22,101 bases of DNA from an archaeon (GTDB lineage: Archaea; Iainarchaeota; Iainarchaeia; Iainarchaeales; CSSED10-239). The notes beneath the pieces were generated by a model. The model worked only from the letters and a program-made list of their open reading frames with translations, searched no databases and was not told where the DNA came from. This document shows, piece after piece, positions 8,589-17,178 of the stretch. The position numbers were made by a program, and so were the translations under genes. Each line of letters starts with the position of its first letter. Position 1 is the first letter of the stretch. The DNA lies in assembly GCA_035357435.1 (NCBI GenBank), contig DAOPNM010000008.1, positions 1 through 22,101 on the forward strand, read 5' to 3'.

Positions 8589-11150
8589 ATGCCAATTGAT
8601 TGGAAAGAAGAAGAAGTAGTTGTGGGAAGGTCACTAAAACAAATAGAGAAATATGGAACCACTGCAACAGGATATATTGGAAAAGTTGTTGTTTCTGCAG
8701 GAGAAGAACCAGTATTAGGAAAAAAAGTTCTTTTAGATTTAGCAAGACCACATCTTATGTTAATCTGCGGCAAGAGAGGCGGGGGCAAGTGCCTTACAGG
8801 TGATACACTTATAACACTTGATGATGGTAGAGAAATTCCAATTAAAGATTTAGAAAAAGAAAATAATTGTGTAGCAACACTTAATAATGAATTAAAGATA
8901 GACTATACAAAAAAAACTAAATTTTTTAAAAGAAAAGTAAATGAAATTTTAAAAATAACTCTTAGAAGTGGTAAAGAAATTACATTAACACCAGAACATC
9001 CTTTATTTACAATTAATGGATGGGTGCCTGCTGAAACATTATCAAAAGGAGCACGCATAGCAACACCGAGAACATTAAATAATTTTGGAAATAAAAATCT
9101 TCCAGAACATGAAATAAAAATACTTGCATATCTTTTAGCAGAAGGCCATCTTTCTAATAATTTTATTTTGTTTAGCAATATAGATCCATTAATTTTTTCT
9201 GATTTTGAAAAAGCAATCAATGATTTTGATACTGATTTACAAATAAAAATGCATAGCAAACCTGGTTGTTATAGGATTGTTTCATCTAAAAATATAAAAA
9301 ATAATGAAAAATCTACAAAAGGAATTAAAATAGATCATAAATGTTCATTACGGAAATATCTAGAAAATTTAAATTTATATGGCAATCTTTCACCACAAAA
9401 ATATATACCAGATATAATATTTCAAACTCCAAAATCTAAATTAAGTTTATTTTTGAATAGATTATTCAGCTGTGATGGATCCATATATTTTGATAAAAAT
9501 ACCTCTCGTTGGAGGATTGAATATGACTCTGCTTCAAAAAAACTTATTTATCAAGTACAAAGTTTATTACTTAAGTTTGGCATATTATCAAATATTAGGC
9601 AAAAAAATAATTCAGGATTTATAAATTTTGAACTAGAAATTCAATCTCAGCATATACCTAATTTTATACAAGAGATTGGTTTTTTTGGAAAAAAAGAGGC
9701 TTTGCAAAAAAAAGCATTATTAGAAATGCCAACAAAAAGAAATCCAAATATTGATACTATTCCAAAAGAACTCTGGGAAAATTATCGCCCTAAAAACTGG
9801 GTTTCTGTAGGAAATAAATTAAACTATCATTTACCAAAAGCTGCACGTACTTCTATAAAGTATTGCCCTTCTCGTGATAAATTATTAAATATAGCTAATG
9901 CAGATAACAATAAATCACTAGAATTATTGGCAACCTCAGATATCTTCTGGGATGAAATTAAAAATATGGAAAGAATAAATGGTTCTTATGAAGTTTATGA
10001 TATTCTTGTTCCAAATCACCATAATTTTGTTGCAAATAATATATTTGTTCATAATAGTTACACCCTTTCTGTAATAATTGAAGAATTCGCAAAACAACCA
10101 TTTGAAATTAAAGAAAGGTTATCTTTAATAATAATTGATACTGTTGGAATTTTTTGGACCATGAAATTTGAAAATAAAGAACAAGCAAAAGAATTAAATG
10201 AATGGAATCTTAAACCAGAAGGTATAGAAATAAGAAATCTTATACCATATGGTAAACAAGACTTTTATAAAGAAAAAAATATACCATTTGATGCACCATT
10301 TTCTATAAAAACTTCACAAATGGGTTTAGAAGATTGGCTAACTATTTTAAAATTAACCTGGAAAGATCCAGAAAGTGCTTTACTTTCTAGAACTTTAGAA
10401 TTTATTCAAGAAAAAGTTGGAACAATGTATGATATTGAAGACATTATAAGTATTGCAAAAAAAGATACAGAAACAAATCAAGATGTTATTAATTCTTTAA
10501 TAAACAGATTAAAACTTGCAAAATCTTGGGGGTTATTTTCAAAAATGGGAACTAGTATGAAAGAATTTGCAAGACCAGGAACAATTACAAACATTGATGT
10601 TTCTACATATAAACAAGCTGCTGGAATGGAAGCAGTTCAAGAGCTTGTTGTTGCAATTATTGGGAAAAGACTTTTTGAAGAAAGAATGCTTTATAGAAAA
10701 GAAGAAGAAATGAATTTACTTGCAGGAAAAAGAAAAGAAAGTGAAATGCCAATTGTTTGGATGATTATTGATGAAGCACATATGTTTATGCCTCAAGATA
10801 GACAAAGTCTTGCACTTGATGTTTTATTACAATGGGTAAGGGTAGGAAGACAACCAGGACTTTCTCTTATATTAGCAACACAAAGACCAAATAAGTTACA
10901 TTCTGAAGCTTTTTCACAATGTGATCTATTTATAAGTATGAGATTAACAGCACAAGAAGATATTAATGCAGTAAGTACATTAAGGCCAAGCTATCTTAAT
11001 ATCCCTATGGATAAATATTTTGCACAACTTCCTACATCACAAGGATATGCAATTCTTTTAGATGATAACACAGAAAAAACAATGATAGTAAAAATAAGAC
11101 CAAGATTAACATGGGATGGAGGAAAAACAGCAAGTGTTTTCCAAGACTAA
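8589..11150 (+). CDS. HerA/FtsK-superfamily P-loop ATPase (DUF87/COG0433-like) interrupted by an intein; predicted spliced product 431 aa
   Basis: Extein junction 'HLMLICGKRGGGK|C...HN|SYTLSVIIEE' restores Walker A GKRGGGKS. Walker B 'VWMIIDEAH' has its D-E at 10770-10775. 'VRVGRQPGLSLILATQRPNKLHSEAFSQCDLFISMRL' is the HerA/DUF87 arginine-finger/sensor block. Confidence 0.85.
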   Translation: MPIDWKEEEVVVGRSLKQIEKYGTTATGYIGKVVVSAGEEPVLGKKVLLDLARPHLMLICGKRGGGKCLTGDTLITLDDGREIPIKDLEKENNCVATLNNELKIDYTKKTKFFKRKVNEILKITLRSGKEITLTPEHPLFTINGWVPAETLSKGARIATPRTLNNFGNKNLPEHEIKILAYLLAEGHLSNNFILFSNIDPLIFSDFEKAINDFDTDLQIKMHSKPGCYRIVSSKNIKNNEKSTKGIKIDHKCSLRKYLENLNLYGNLSPQKYIPDIIFQTPKSKLSLFLNRLFSCDGSIYFDKNTSRWRIEYDSASKKLIYQVQSLLLKFGILSNIRQKNNSGFINFELEIQSQHIPNFIQEIGFFGKKEALQKKALLEMPTKRNPNIDTIPKELWENYRPKNWVSVGNKLNYHLPKAARTSIKYCPSRDKLLNIANADNNKSLELLATSDIFWDEIKNMERINGSYEVYDILVPNHHNFVANNIFVHNSYTLSVIIEEFAKQPFEIKERLSLIIIDTVGIFWTMKFENKEQAKELNEWNLKPEGIEIRNLIPYGKQDFYKEKNIPFDAPFSIKTSQMGLEDWLTILKLTWKDPESALLSRTLEFIQEKVGTMYDIEDIISIAKKDTETNQDVINSLINRLKLAKSWGLFSKMGTSMKEFARPGTITNIDVSTYKQAAGMEAVQELVVAIIGKRLFEERMLYRKEEEMNLLAGKRKESEMPIVWMIIDEAHMFMPQDRQSLALDVLLQWVRVGRQPGLSLILATQRPNKLHSEAFSQCDLFISMRLTAQEDINAVSTLRPSYLNIPMDKYFAQLPTSQGYAILLDDNTEKTMIVKIRPRLTWDGGKTASVFQD
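8790..10055 (+). mobile_element. Class-1 intein (422 aa) with an embedded LAGLIDADG homing endonuclease, inserted in the Walker A loop
   Basis: Block A 'CLTGDTLITLDDG' (Cys1 codon 8790-8792). Block B 'LTPEHPL' (TxxH). LAGLIDADG motifs 'LAYLLAEGHL' and 'LNRLFSCDGSI'. Blocks F/G 'YEVYDILVPNHHNFVANNIFVHN', followed by +1 Ser (10056-10058). Confidence 0.88.
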
Positions 11151-11399
11151 GTTTTTGCATAAATGTAAAAAACACCAAAAAATATTAAACTATATTAAAG
11201 ATAAAGCGATTGAAAAATATTTTTAACAATATGAAAGAATGACTATTAAATCACAGGCAATTAAAAACAATGCTTTTGAATCTTTTAAATTTCATAAAAA
11301 TTCAAGAGCAATTATCACACCAATAATTATTCCAATAATTAACCAAAATAATCTACTCATATCCACTTCATATTTATTTCAAATTTAATAACCCAAATA

Positions 11400-11471
11400 T
11401 GCTCGAAGGGGGACTCGGACCCCCGTTATCAGCGTGAGAGGCTGATGTGATTACCACTACACTATTCGAGC
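11400..11471 (-). tRNA. tRNA-Glu (anticodon CTC); no encoded CCA
   Basis: Reverse complement is GCTCGAA TA GTGT AGTGGTAA TCAC A TCAGC CTCTCAC GCTGA TAAC GGGGG TCCGAGT CCCCC TTCGAGC A. The T-loop again has C at position 55. Confidence 0.9.
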
Positions 11472-11620
11472 ATTAATGTTTTGTTTTTGCAATATTAAAT
11501 AATTAATAAGAAATTGTGTTTTAAATATATTGTTTTTAAACATATTTAAATATAAAGATAACATTAATAAAAAAATAATTTTTTTAACTAAAAATTAATA
11601 AGTAATAAATATGAAAATAA

Positions 11621-12355
11621 ATGCAAATAGAACATATTGAAATAAATAATCAAAAATATGAAATAAATATATATTATGACAATAGAAAAAATGCAAAAGC
11701 AACTATTGGAAAAAAACAAATTAATATACGTATTCCAAAATATATTTCTAATAGTGAAAAAACAAACATAGAAAACAAATTAAAAACGTGGATTATAAAA
11801 AAAATACAAGATATGCAAAACAAAGGAGATTATTTTCAAAAAGATGTGAAAAAATATAACACTGGAGATATCATAAAGCTATGTAATAAAGAATACATCC
11901 TAAATATTGTTGAAGTTAAGGAAATGCAAACATTAGGAGTTTTATCTGGAAATATAATTACAATTACTATTTCAAATAGTTTAAATGAAATTAAAAAAAA
12001 TGAAATTATTTCAAAATATATAAACAAATTAATTGCAGAAGATAATATTTCCTGGATTACTAATAAAATAAATATATTAAATCAAACATATTTTAATCAA
12101 AAAATAAACAAAATACATTTAAAAAATAATACATCTAATTGGGGTAGCTGTTCCATTACAGGTAATATCAATATATCTACAAGATTGTTACAAGCAAAAG
12201 AAGAAGTAATTAATTATGTTTGCATACATGAACTAGCACATCTTATAGAACACAATCATTCAGAAAAGTTTTGGCAAATAGTACATAATGCTATGCCAGA
12301 TTATAAAGAACAAATTAAATGGTTAAAAGAAAATAATAATAATTTTAGTTTTTAA
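11621..12355 (+). CDS. YgjP/DUF45-family zinc metallopeptidase-like protein (HExxH)
   Basis: The C-terminal block 'NWGSCSITGNINISTRLLQAKEEVINYVCIHELAHLIEHNHSEKFW' is the characteristic DUF45/YgjP signature. It has WGSC, then HELxHL, then H-S-x-x-FW. Confidence 0.8.
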   Translation: MQIEHIEINNQKYEINIYYDNRKNAKATIGKKQINIRIPKYISNSEKTNIENKLKTWIIKKIQDMQNKGDYFQKDVKKYNTGDIIKLCNKEYILNIVEVKEMQTLGVLSGNIITITISNSLNEIKKNEIISKYINKLIAEDNISWITNKINILNQTYFNQKINKIHLKNNTSNWGSCSITGNINISTRLLQAKEEVINYVCIHELAHLIEHNHSEKFWQIVHNAMPDYKEQIKWLKENNNNFSF

Positions 12356-12361
12356 AAAAAA

Positions 12362-12435
12362 TGCCTCGAGAGAGATTTGAACTCTCGATCTCTTGATTAT
12401 GAGTCAAGCGCTTTAGGCCGCTAAGCTACCGAGGC
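12362..12435 (-). tRNA. tRNA with CAT anticodon: elongator tRNA-Met or tRNA-Ile2 (not initiator-like); no encoded CCA
   Basis: Reverse complement is GCCTCGG TA GCTT AGCGGCCTA AAGC G CTTGA CTCATAA TCAAG AGATC GAGAG TTCAAAT CTCTC TCGAGGC A. It has G1-C72 and an anticodon stem without the three G-C pairs, so it is not an archaeal initiator. Confidence 0.88.
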
Positions 12436-12480
12436 AATATGTAATTTAGAAAAGTTTTATTTATAAAAAGAATGCTTTTA

Positions 12481-13155
12481 TTATTTTTCAGATACACCCT
12501 TTATAAAAAGACTATTTTTCTGATAATCCACCATAAAAATTGTATCTGCCAAACCAATAAATACACCTGTTTCTAAAACTCCTGGAATGTTTCTTACAGA
12601 ATACTCAAAATCATCTAATGTAATGTTCTTATCTAATGTAATTCTTGCAAGATAATGCCCTGTTTCTGTTTTTATATAATTTCCATATGTGTCTAATACA
12701 ATTCTTGCTACACCATAACTTTGCAAATTAATTATTGTTCTTTGCCATGCAAAGGTGCTAATTTCTACACACACATCATTACTTAATTCATTAACAACAT
12801 TATCTTTATCAACTACAACAACTAAATTTAAAGCAGACTGTGCAATCATTTTATCTCTAATGAATGAAGTTGTTTTTCTTTTAATAAAATTATTATATTG
12901 ATCAATTTCATCAATATACATTATAGCCAAATCAATTTCTCTATCACTTAATGAAATTGTTTTTTGATTTAAATTAAGAAAATGCGCGGCTTGAGAGGCA
13001 TTAACAGGTATAAATGAAACATTTAGGTTATATTTAGAGATCATATTTACTAATTCTGTAATAAATTTATCATTATCTTCAAAAGATGCAATAGAAATGA
13101 TATAATCATTTTTTACAAATTTAAAAAATTCATTTGCTATTTTTTTTATATCCAT
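12481..13155 (-). CDS. Ribose-5-phosphate isomerase A-like protein, highly divergent (substrate-binding motifs replaced)
   Basis: Collinear with archaeal RpiA. 'NIPGVLETGVFIGLADTIFMV' matches the RpiA C-terminal 'IPGVxExGxF' block. 'VVVVDKDNVV' and 'IKRKTTSFIRDKMI' align with 'VxVDxxKxV' and 'IKGxGAAxxxEKI'. The N-terminal GxGTGST loop is replaced by 'SIASFEDND'. Confidence 0.6.
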   Translation of the reverse strand: MDIKKIANEFFKFVKNDYIISIASFEDNDKFITELVNMISKYNLNVSFIPVNASQAAHFLNLNQKTISLSDREIDLAIMYIDEIDQYNNFIKRKTTSFIRDKMIAQSALNLVVVVDKDNVVNELSNDVCVEISTFAWQRTIINLQSYGVARIVLDTYGNYIKTETGHYLARITLDKNITLDDFEYSVRNIPGVLETGVFIGLADTIFMVDYQKNSLFIKGVSEK

Positions 13156-13248
13156 GTTTTACCTTATTTAAATATTAATAGCTATTAACAAATAATAAAA
13201 TTCAATTAATTTAAAAAGGTATTTATATAGAAAAAAAATAAAAAAAAA

Positions 13249-14754
13249 TTATAATTGTGGAGCATAGTTTGGAGCATCTTTTGTTATATATAATTTATGT
13301 GGATGGGACTCAGATAAGCCTGCAGGAGATATTCTGTGGAAAGTTGCTTTTTCTTGTAATTCTTTAATTGTTTTTGAACCAGTATACCCCATTCCATATC
13401 TTAATCCACCAATATATTGAAACAAAATATCTTTTACAGGACCTTTATATGGAATTTGCCCTTCAACACCTTCAGGAACTGCTTTAACTTCTTCTTCATT
13501 CATTATAAATCTTAATTTAGCAGTTCTATTTTTTTGTATTGCACCTAATGAATCCATACCTCTATATGTTTTCCATAATCTACCTTCAAAAAAAAATGTA
13601 TCTCCAGGAGTTTCCTTTGTACCTGCCAAAATATTTCCAACCATTATTGAATTTGCACCTGCACCAATTGCAATTGGAAGATCTCCAGAATATTTTATAC
13701 CACCATCTGCACATATTGGCACATTATATTTTGCTGCAACCTGTGCACAATTAAAAATAGCAGTTACTTGTGGGCAGCCCACACCTGCAACAATTCTTGT
13801 TGTGCATGCAGAACCTGGGCCTTGCCCTACTTTTATGCCATCTGCACCTGCTTCTATTAAACGTTTTGCAGATGATGCTTCGGTTATGTTTCCTACAACA
13901 ACATCTATTTTATACTTTTTTTTTATTTGCTTTAATGTATCAATTACTATTTTAGAATCAGCATGAGCTGTATCCATAACAACAACATCAACTTCTTCTT
14001 TCATTAACAAGTCTAATCTTTCAAAAGCATCATTTAATACACCTATTGCAGCACCAACAATTAATCTCCCTTTTTTGTCTAAATTGTACATTGTTGAAAA
14101 ATCAGAAAGTATTCTTTTAACATCATTATATAAGTACATGCCACATAATTTCCTTTGTTCATCAACAATAGGCAATACTTTTTGTTTATTTTTTTGCATA
14201 ATATCATAAACAGATTGTAATGAAATTCCTTTTTTTGCAGTAACAACATTTTTAGTCATAACATTTTTAACCAATAAAGAATAATCATTGCAAAATTCAA
14301 AATTTTCTTTATATAACATACCTTCTAATTTATTATCTCTAGATAACACAGGGAATGTGTGGAAAAAAAAATTATTTTCTTTTCTCTTTTTAAAAACAGA
14401 ATCCATTGTTTCATCTTCATATACACAGACAGGCTCAGGAATATATGCTGCATGATAGGCTTTTACCTTTGCCACTTGTTCTGCTTGCTCTTTTGGAGAA
14501 AGATTTCTATGAATAATCCCAATTCCCCCCATCTTTGCCATTTCAATTGCCATTTCATACTCTGTTACACTATCCATTGCAGCACTTACAATAGGCATTT
14601 TTAAAGAAACATGCTTAGAAAATTTAGTATCTAAACAAACATCTACTGGGCGAACATCAGTATATTTTGTTTTTAATCTAACATCATCAAAGGTTAATGC
14701 TAAACCTATTTTTTCCATATTTTTAAAAAAATTTATTTTTTCTTTATTTATCAT
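13249..14754 (-). CDS. guaB: Inosine-5'-monophosphate dehydrogenase with a CBS-pair insertion
   Basis: 'ALTFDDVRL' N-terminus, CBS pair around 'VMTKNVVTAKKGISLQSVYDIMQKNKQKVLPIVDE', catalytic loop 'GIKVGQGPGSACTTRIVAGVGCPQ', 'ADGGIKYSGD', 'YRGM(D)S'. 501 aa. Confidence 0.93.
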   Translation of the reverse strand: MINKEKINFFKNMEKIGLALTFDDVRLKTKYTDVRPVDVCLDTKFSKHVSLKMPIVSAAMDSVTEYEMAIEMAKMGGIGIIHRNLSPKEQAEQVAKVKAYHAAYIPEPVCVYEDETMDSVFKKRKENNFFFHTFPVLSRDNKLEGMLYKENFEFCNDYSLLVKNVMTKNVVTAKKGISLQSVYDIMQKNKQKVLPIVDEQRKLCGMYLYNDVKRILSDFSTMYNLDKKGRLIVGAAIGVLNDAFERLDLLMKEEVDVVVMDTAHADSKIVIDTLKQIKKKYKIDVVVGNITEASSAKRLIEAGADGIKVGQGPGSACTTRIVAGVGCPQVTAIFNCAQVAAKYNVPICADGGIKYSGDLPIAIGAGANSIMVGNILAGTKETPGDTFFFEGRLWKTYRGMDSLGAIQKNRTAKLRFIMNEEEVKAVPEGVEGQIPYKGPVKDILFQYIGGLRYGMGYTGSKTIKELQEKATFHRISPAGLSESHPHKLYITKDAPNYAPQL

Positions 14755-14886
14755 ATTTTCACATCCAATTTTCAGGTAATTTTATAAACAATCTCCCGTT
14801 ATAACAAGCAACAAAATATTTTAAATTATATTGGTAACATTTAAAATAAACAAAATTTAAAAACAAATTGGGTTATAAAATATAAT

Positions 14887-14949
14887 GGCAATGATGATAA
14901 TGAACACCTGCTGATTAAATTAAATGATGATAGATGGGCGGGCTGAGCC
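14887..14949 (+). ncRNA. Archaeal C/D-box sRNA (2'-O-methylation guide) with a complete C, D', C', D box set
   Basis: ggca-ATGATGA(14891-14897)-13 nt guide-CTGA(14911-14914)-9 nt-ATGATGA(14924-14930)-12 nt guide 'tagatgggcggg'-CTGA(14943-14946)-gcc. The terminal GGC/GCC stem closes the K-turn. TATA-like 'tttaaaaa' lies at 14856-14863, about -27. T-runs follow at 14959-14976. It sits in an otherwise empty intergenic region. Confidence 0.82.
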
Positions 14950-15074
14950 AATCATAGTTTTCTATTTTTTAGTTATAGCTTTATATTATTTTTAATGTAG
15001 TTTTCCATTTATTCAAAATACTAAAAAAAATTCATTAAATTATTTTTAATTAAAAAAAACAAATATAAAACAAA

Positions 15075-15911
15075 TTAAACAAAAGAATACAGATTTTTTC
15101 TTTTTTCTACAATTAAACATTCCTCTTTTAAAAATTCAAGAATTATTTTTATAAGATCAGGAGACAACTGTAGTTTAGAAGATATCTCTTCTAAAGAAAA
15201 AGGGTCTTGTTTATAATTTAAAATTTTTGGTTTAATTTTATTATATAAATTACTATTAATCATATAATAATTATTGTCAAAAGATTTTAAACCAATAATC
15301 TCTCCTGATTTAAATTCTTGAACATATTTTTGGGAAAATATATTTGCAATATTTGAATTATCTAAAATAATATAATTTTGTTTATCAAAAAGATAATACA
15401 CTTTATCAATAGATTCAGATTTGCCAACAACATCTTGTTGTAAAACAACATTAGAATTAGGTATTGCCACCTCAACTTGCTGAGGAGCATACACTTTTAA
15501 ATCACTATTTTGTTTTTTTTGTTCATAATCTTCATTTACTTTATATATTTTCTTTTTGTATTTATCAGATAATTTAAACAAAACAATTTCTTTAGAGGCA
15601 AGCATTTCTTTAAAAATGTTTAAATCATCAACGTTTAATAGTTTTTCAAATTTTCCTTCTATCTTCTGAGACAATGGTAGTTTTTTATCAGTTAATAATT
15701 CAATTATTTTTTGTTTAATTTCTTGATGTCCAACATTTGCTGTATCTATATTTTGAGGGTGTTGTAAAGAAGAGGATAAAACAAAACATAAAACATCTTT
15801 ATTAATTTGATTTATCTGTAATTCATTATTCAAAAAACCATCAATTAGTTTAGATTCAGACGTGTCTTTTAAATTTATAAAATAGGTTTTATTCTTTTTT
15901 ACAATCTTCAT
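15075..15911 (-). CDS. Hypothetical protein with a C-terminal winged-helix-like domain (third gene of a coupled operon)
   Basis: Long ORF with normal composition. The C-terminus 'FSLEEISSKLQLSPDLIKIILEFLKEECLIVEKRKNLYSFV' looks like a wHTH. The track start at 15920 is GTG; the ATG at 15911 lies 8 nt after the upstream TAG stop. No family recognised. Confidence 0.5.
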   Translation of the reverse strand: MKIVKKNKTYFINLKDTSESKLIDGFLNNELQINQINKDVLCFVLSSSLQHPQNIDTANVGHQEIKQKIIELLTDKKLPLSQKIEGKFEKLLNVDDLNIFKEMLASKEIVLFKLSDKYKKKIYKVNEDYEQKKQNSDLKVYAPQQVEVAIPNSNVVLQQDVVGKSESIDKVYYLFDKQNYIILDNSNIANIFSQKYVQEFKSGEIIGLKSFDNNYYMINSNLYNKIKPKILNYKQDPFSLEEISSKLQLSPDLIKIILEFLKEECLIVEKRKNLYSFV

Positions 15912-15919
15912 ACAAATCA

Positions 15920-16591
15920 CTACTTAAATTCAACGGCATATTCTTCAATTTCTTCAAAAGAAGCAGAACACCCTCTAAATTTTAAACTATACATTGCAGA
16001 TCTTAAAAATTCTCTATTTCTAAACTCAGGAGGAACCATATTCTGTTCAAATGCATAACCTAACAAATCAACAGATCTAACCACCTCTACATTTCCAATA
16101 ATTTCTCTAAATTTTAAATATTTCTCTTGATCAAATCGTATTGTTTCAGCATTATATTTTTTCTTAAGGATATCTAAAAGGCCATGTGGCTGTTCAATAA
16201 TCATTCTTGCAGTTCTTTCATCAACAGCAAAATAATTTGCTTCAGACACACCTAATAATGCAAGAGATTGTGCTTCACCTGCTTGAATTATTGTTAATGG
16301 ATTTTTTTTAACATAAAACATATTATTTGTTAAATTTAAAATTTGCTCTGTTGTTTTTTGTAATTCATCGTCATTTTCATAAACCTCAAAAACATTTATG
16401 TCGATAAGTTGTGAGACCCTTAATGCACTTAAAGAATACTTTAAATTTTTTTTAACATTATCAACACATTCTCCTTTCACATTTCGAGTAATAATAAATT
16501 GCCCTAATTTTTCTTTAAGTGGTTGGAATAAAGGTAAAAAACAAGTTTCTGAAAAACTAATAATTACCCCTGCATCAAAAACTATTTTCAT
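15920..16591 (-). CDS. PIN-domain-like protein (putative Mg-dependent nuclease) with an extra C-terminal region of about 85 aa
   Basis: PIN-type spacing of acidic residues: 'MKIVFDAGVII' (D6), 'ITRNVKGEC' (E41), 'IIQAGEAQSLALL' (E106), 'YFAVDERTARMI' (D124). Its start ATG overlaps the upstream gene's TGA (ATGA at 16588-16591). Confidence 0.55.
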   Translation of the reverse strand: MKIVFDAGVIISFSETCFLPLFQPLKEKLGQFIITRNVKGECVDNVKKNLKYSLSALRVSQLIDINVFEVYENDDELQKTTEQILNLTNNMFYVKKNPLTIIQAGEAQSLALLGVSEANYFAVDERTARMIIEQPHGLLDILKKKYNAETIRFDQEKYLKFREIIGNVEVVRSVDLLGYAFEQNMVPPEFRNREFLRSAMYSLKFRGCSASFEEIEEYAVEFK

Positions 16592-17178
16592 AAATATTCA
16601 CTTTTAGACATTACCTTTAACAAATGGACTCTTTCTTTTATTGTTTTAAATGGTTTATCCTCATCAGGCATTTTAGTATTCCCTACAAATGACATTAACT
16701 GTTCTCTATTTGTAGAAAACAAAGAACAAGCTTGTTCACTAGACAACCCATATGCATATGCGGTAGATGCTAATTTTGTTCGTGCACTTTGAACAATACT
16801 TTCTACAAAATGACCTAATTGTTTATCTACATATTCTATTTTTGATTGTGCATTTTTAATTGTGTCTCTGTATTTATTTAAATCAAATTCATATTTTGTT
16901 AAATTATTTAAATCATACAGAATTTCATCTTGTGTATCTTTCCAAACATTAGTTGTAAAAATATGTTGTTTAAAAAACATTTTTCTAAAACAATAAGTCA
17001 CAACTGCCAATTCTGCAAAATCCAGATCATTATTTACAATTGCATCTTCAATAATTTTTTTTTCTAAAGAATGCAACTGCTCTGCATCTTTTTTACGCAC
17101 ATACTGAACAACTTTAACCAATGTTTCTTTTAAATTGTCTATTTTTTTAAAATCTTTAAGTATATTATCATCAATCAT
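16588..17178 (-). CDS. Hypothetical, predicted all-helical protein (first gene of a coupled operon)
   Basis: ORF with balanced charged/hydrophobic composition. The track start at 17205 is TTG; the first ATG at 17178 ('MIDDNILKDF') is preferred. No family recognised. Confidence 0.45.
   Translation of the reverse strand: MIDDNILKDFKKIDNLKETLVKVVQYVRKKDAEQLHSLEKKIIEDAIVNNDLDFAELAVVTYCFRKMFFKQHIFTTNVWKDTQDEILYDLNNLTKYEFDLNKYRDTIKNAQSKIEYVDKQLGHFVESIVQSARTKLASTAYAYGLSSEQACSLFSTNREQLMSFVGNTKMPDEDKPFKTIKERVHLLKVMSKSEYL

Noticed and set aside
8480-8803. ORFs 8480-8788(-), 8539-8751(-) and 8600-8803(+) overlapping the 5' end of the ATPase gene
   Set aside because: These are alternative-frame or antisense shadows of the ATPase N-terminus and its GC-rich P-loop codons. 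The products are Pro/Leu/Ser-rich low-complexity peptides with no motifs, whereas the ATPase frame has clear family signatures.
11292-11360. 22-codon minus-strand ORF 'MSRLFWLIIGIIIGVIIALEFL' downstream of tRNA-Glu (possible micro membrane protein)
   Set aside because: It is too short to distinguish from chance in AT-rich sequence, where Ile/Leu/Phe-rich frames arise easily. No clear ribosome-binding or promoter evidence and no recognisable family.
11520-11550. Inverted repeat tttaaatat ... atatttaaa upstream of the DUF45 gene
   Set aside because: It is composed solely of A/T in an A/T-only intergenic region, so such palindromes are expected by chance. It may simply be overlapping TATA-like boxes.
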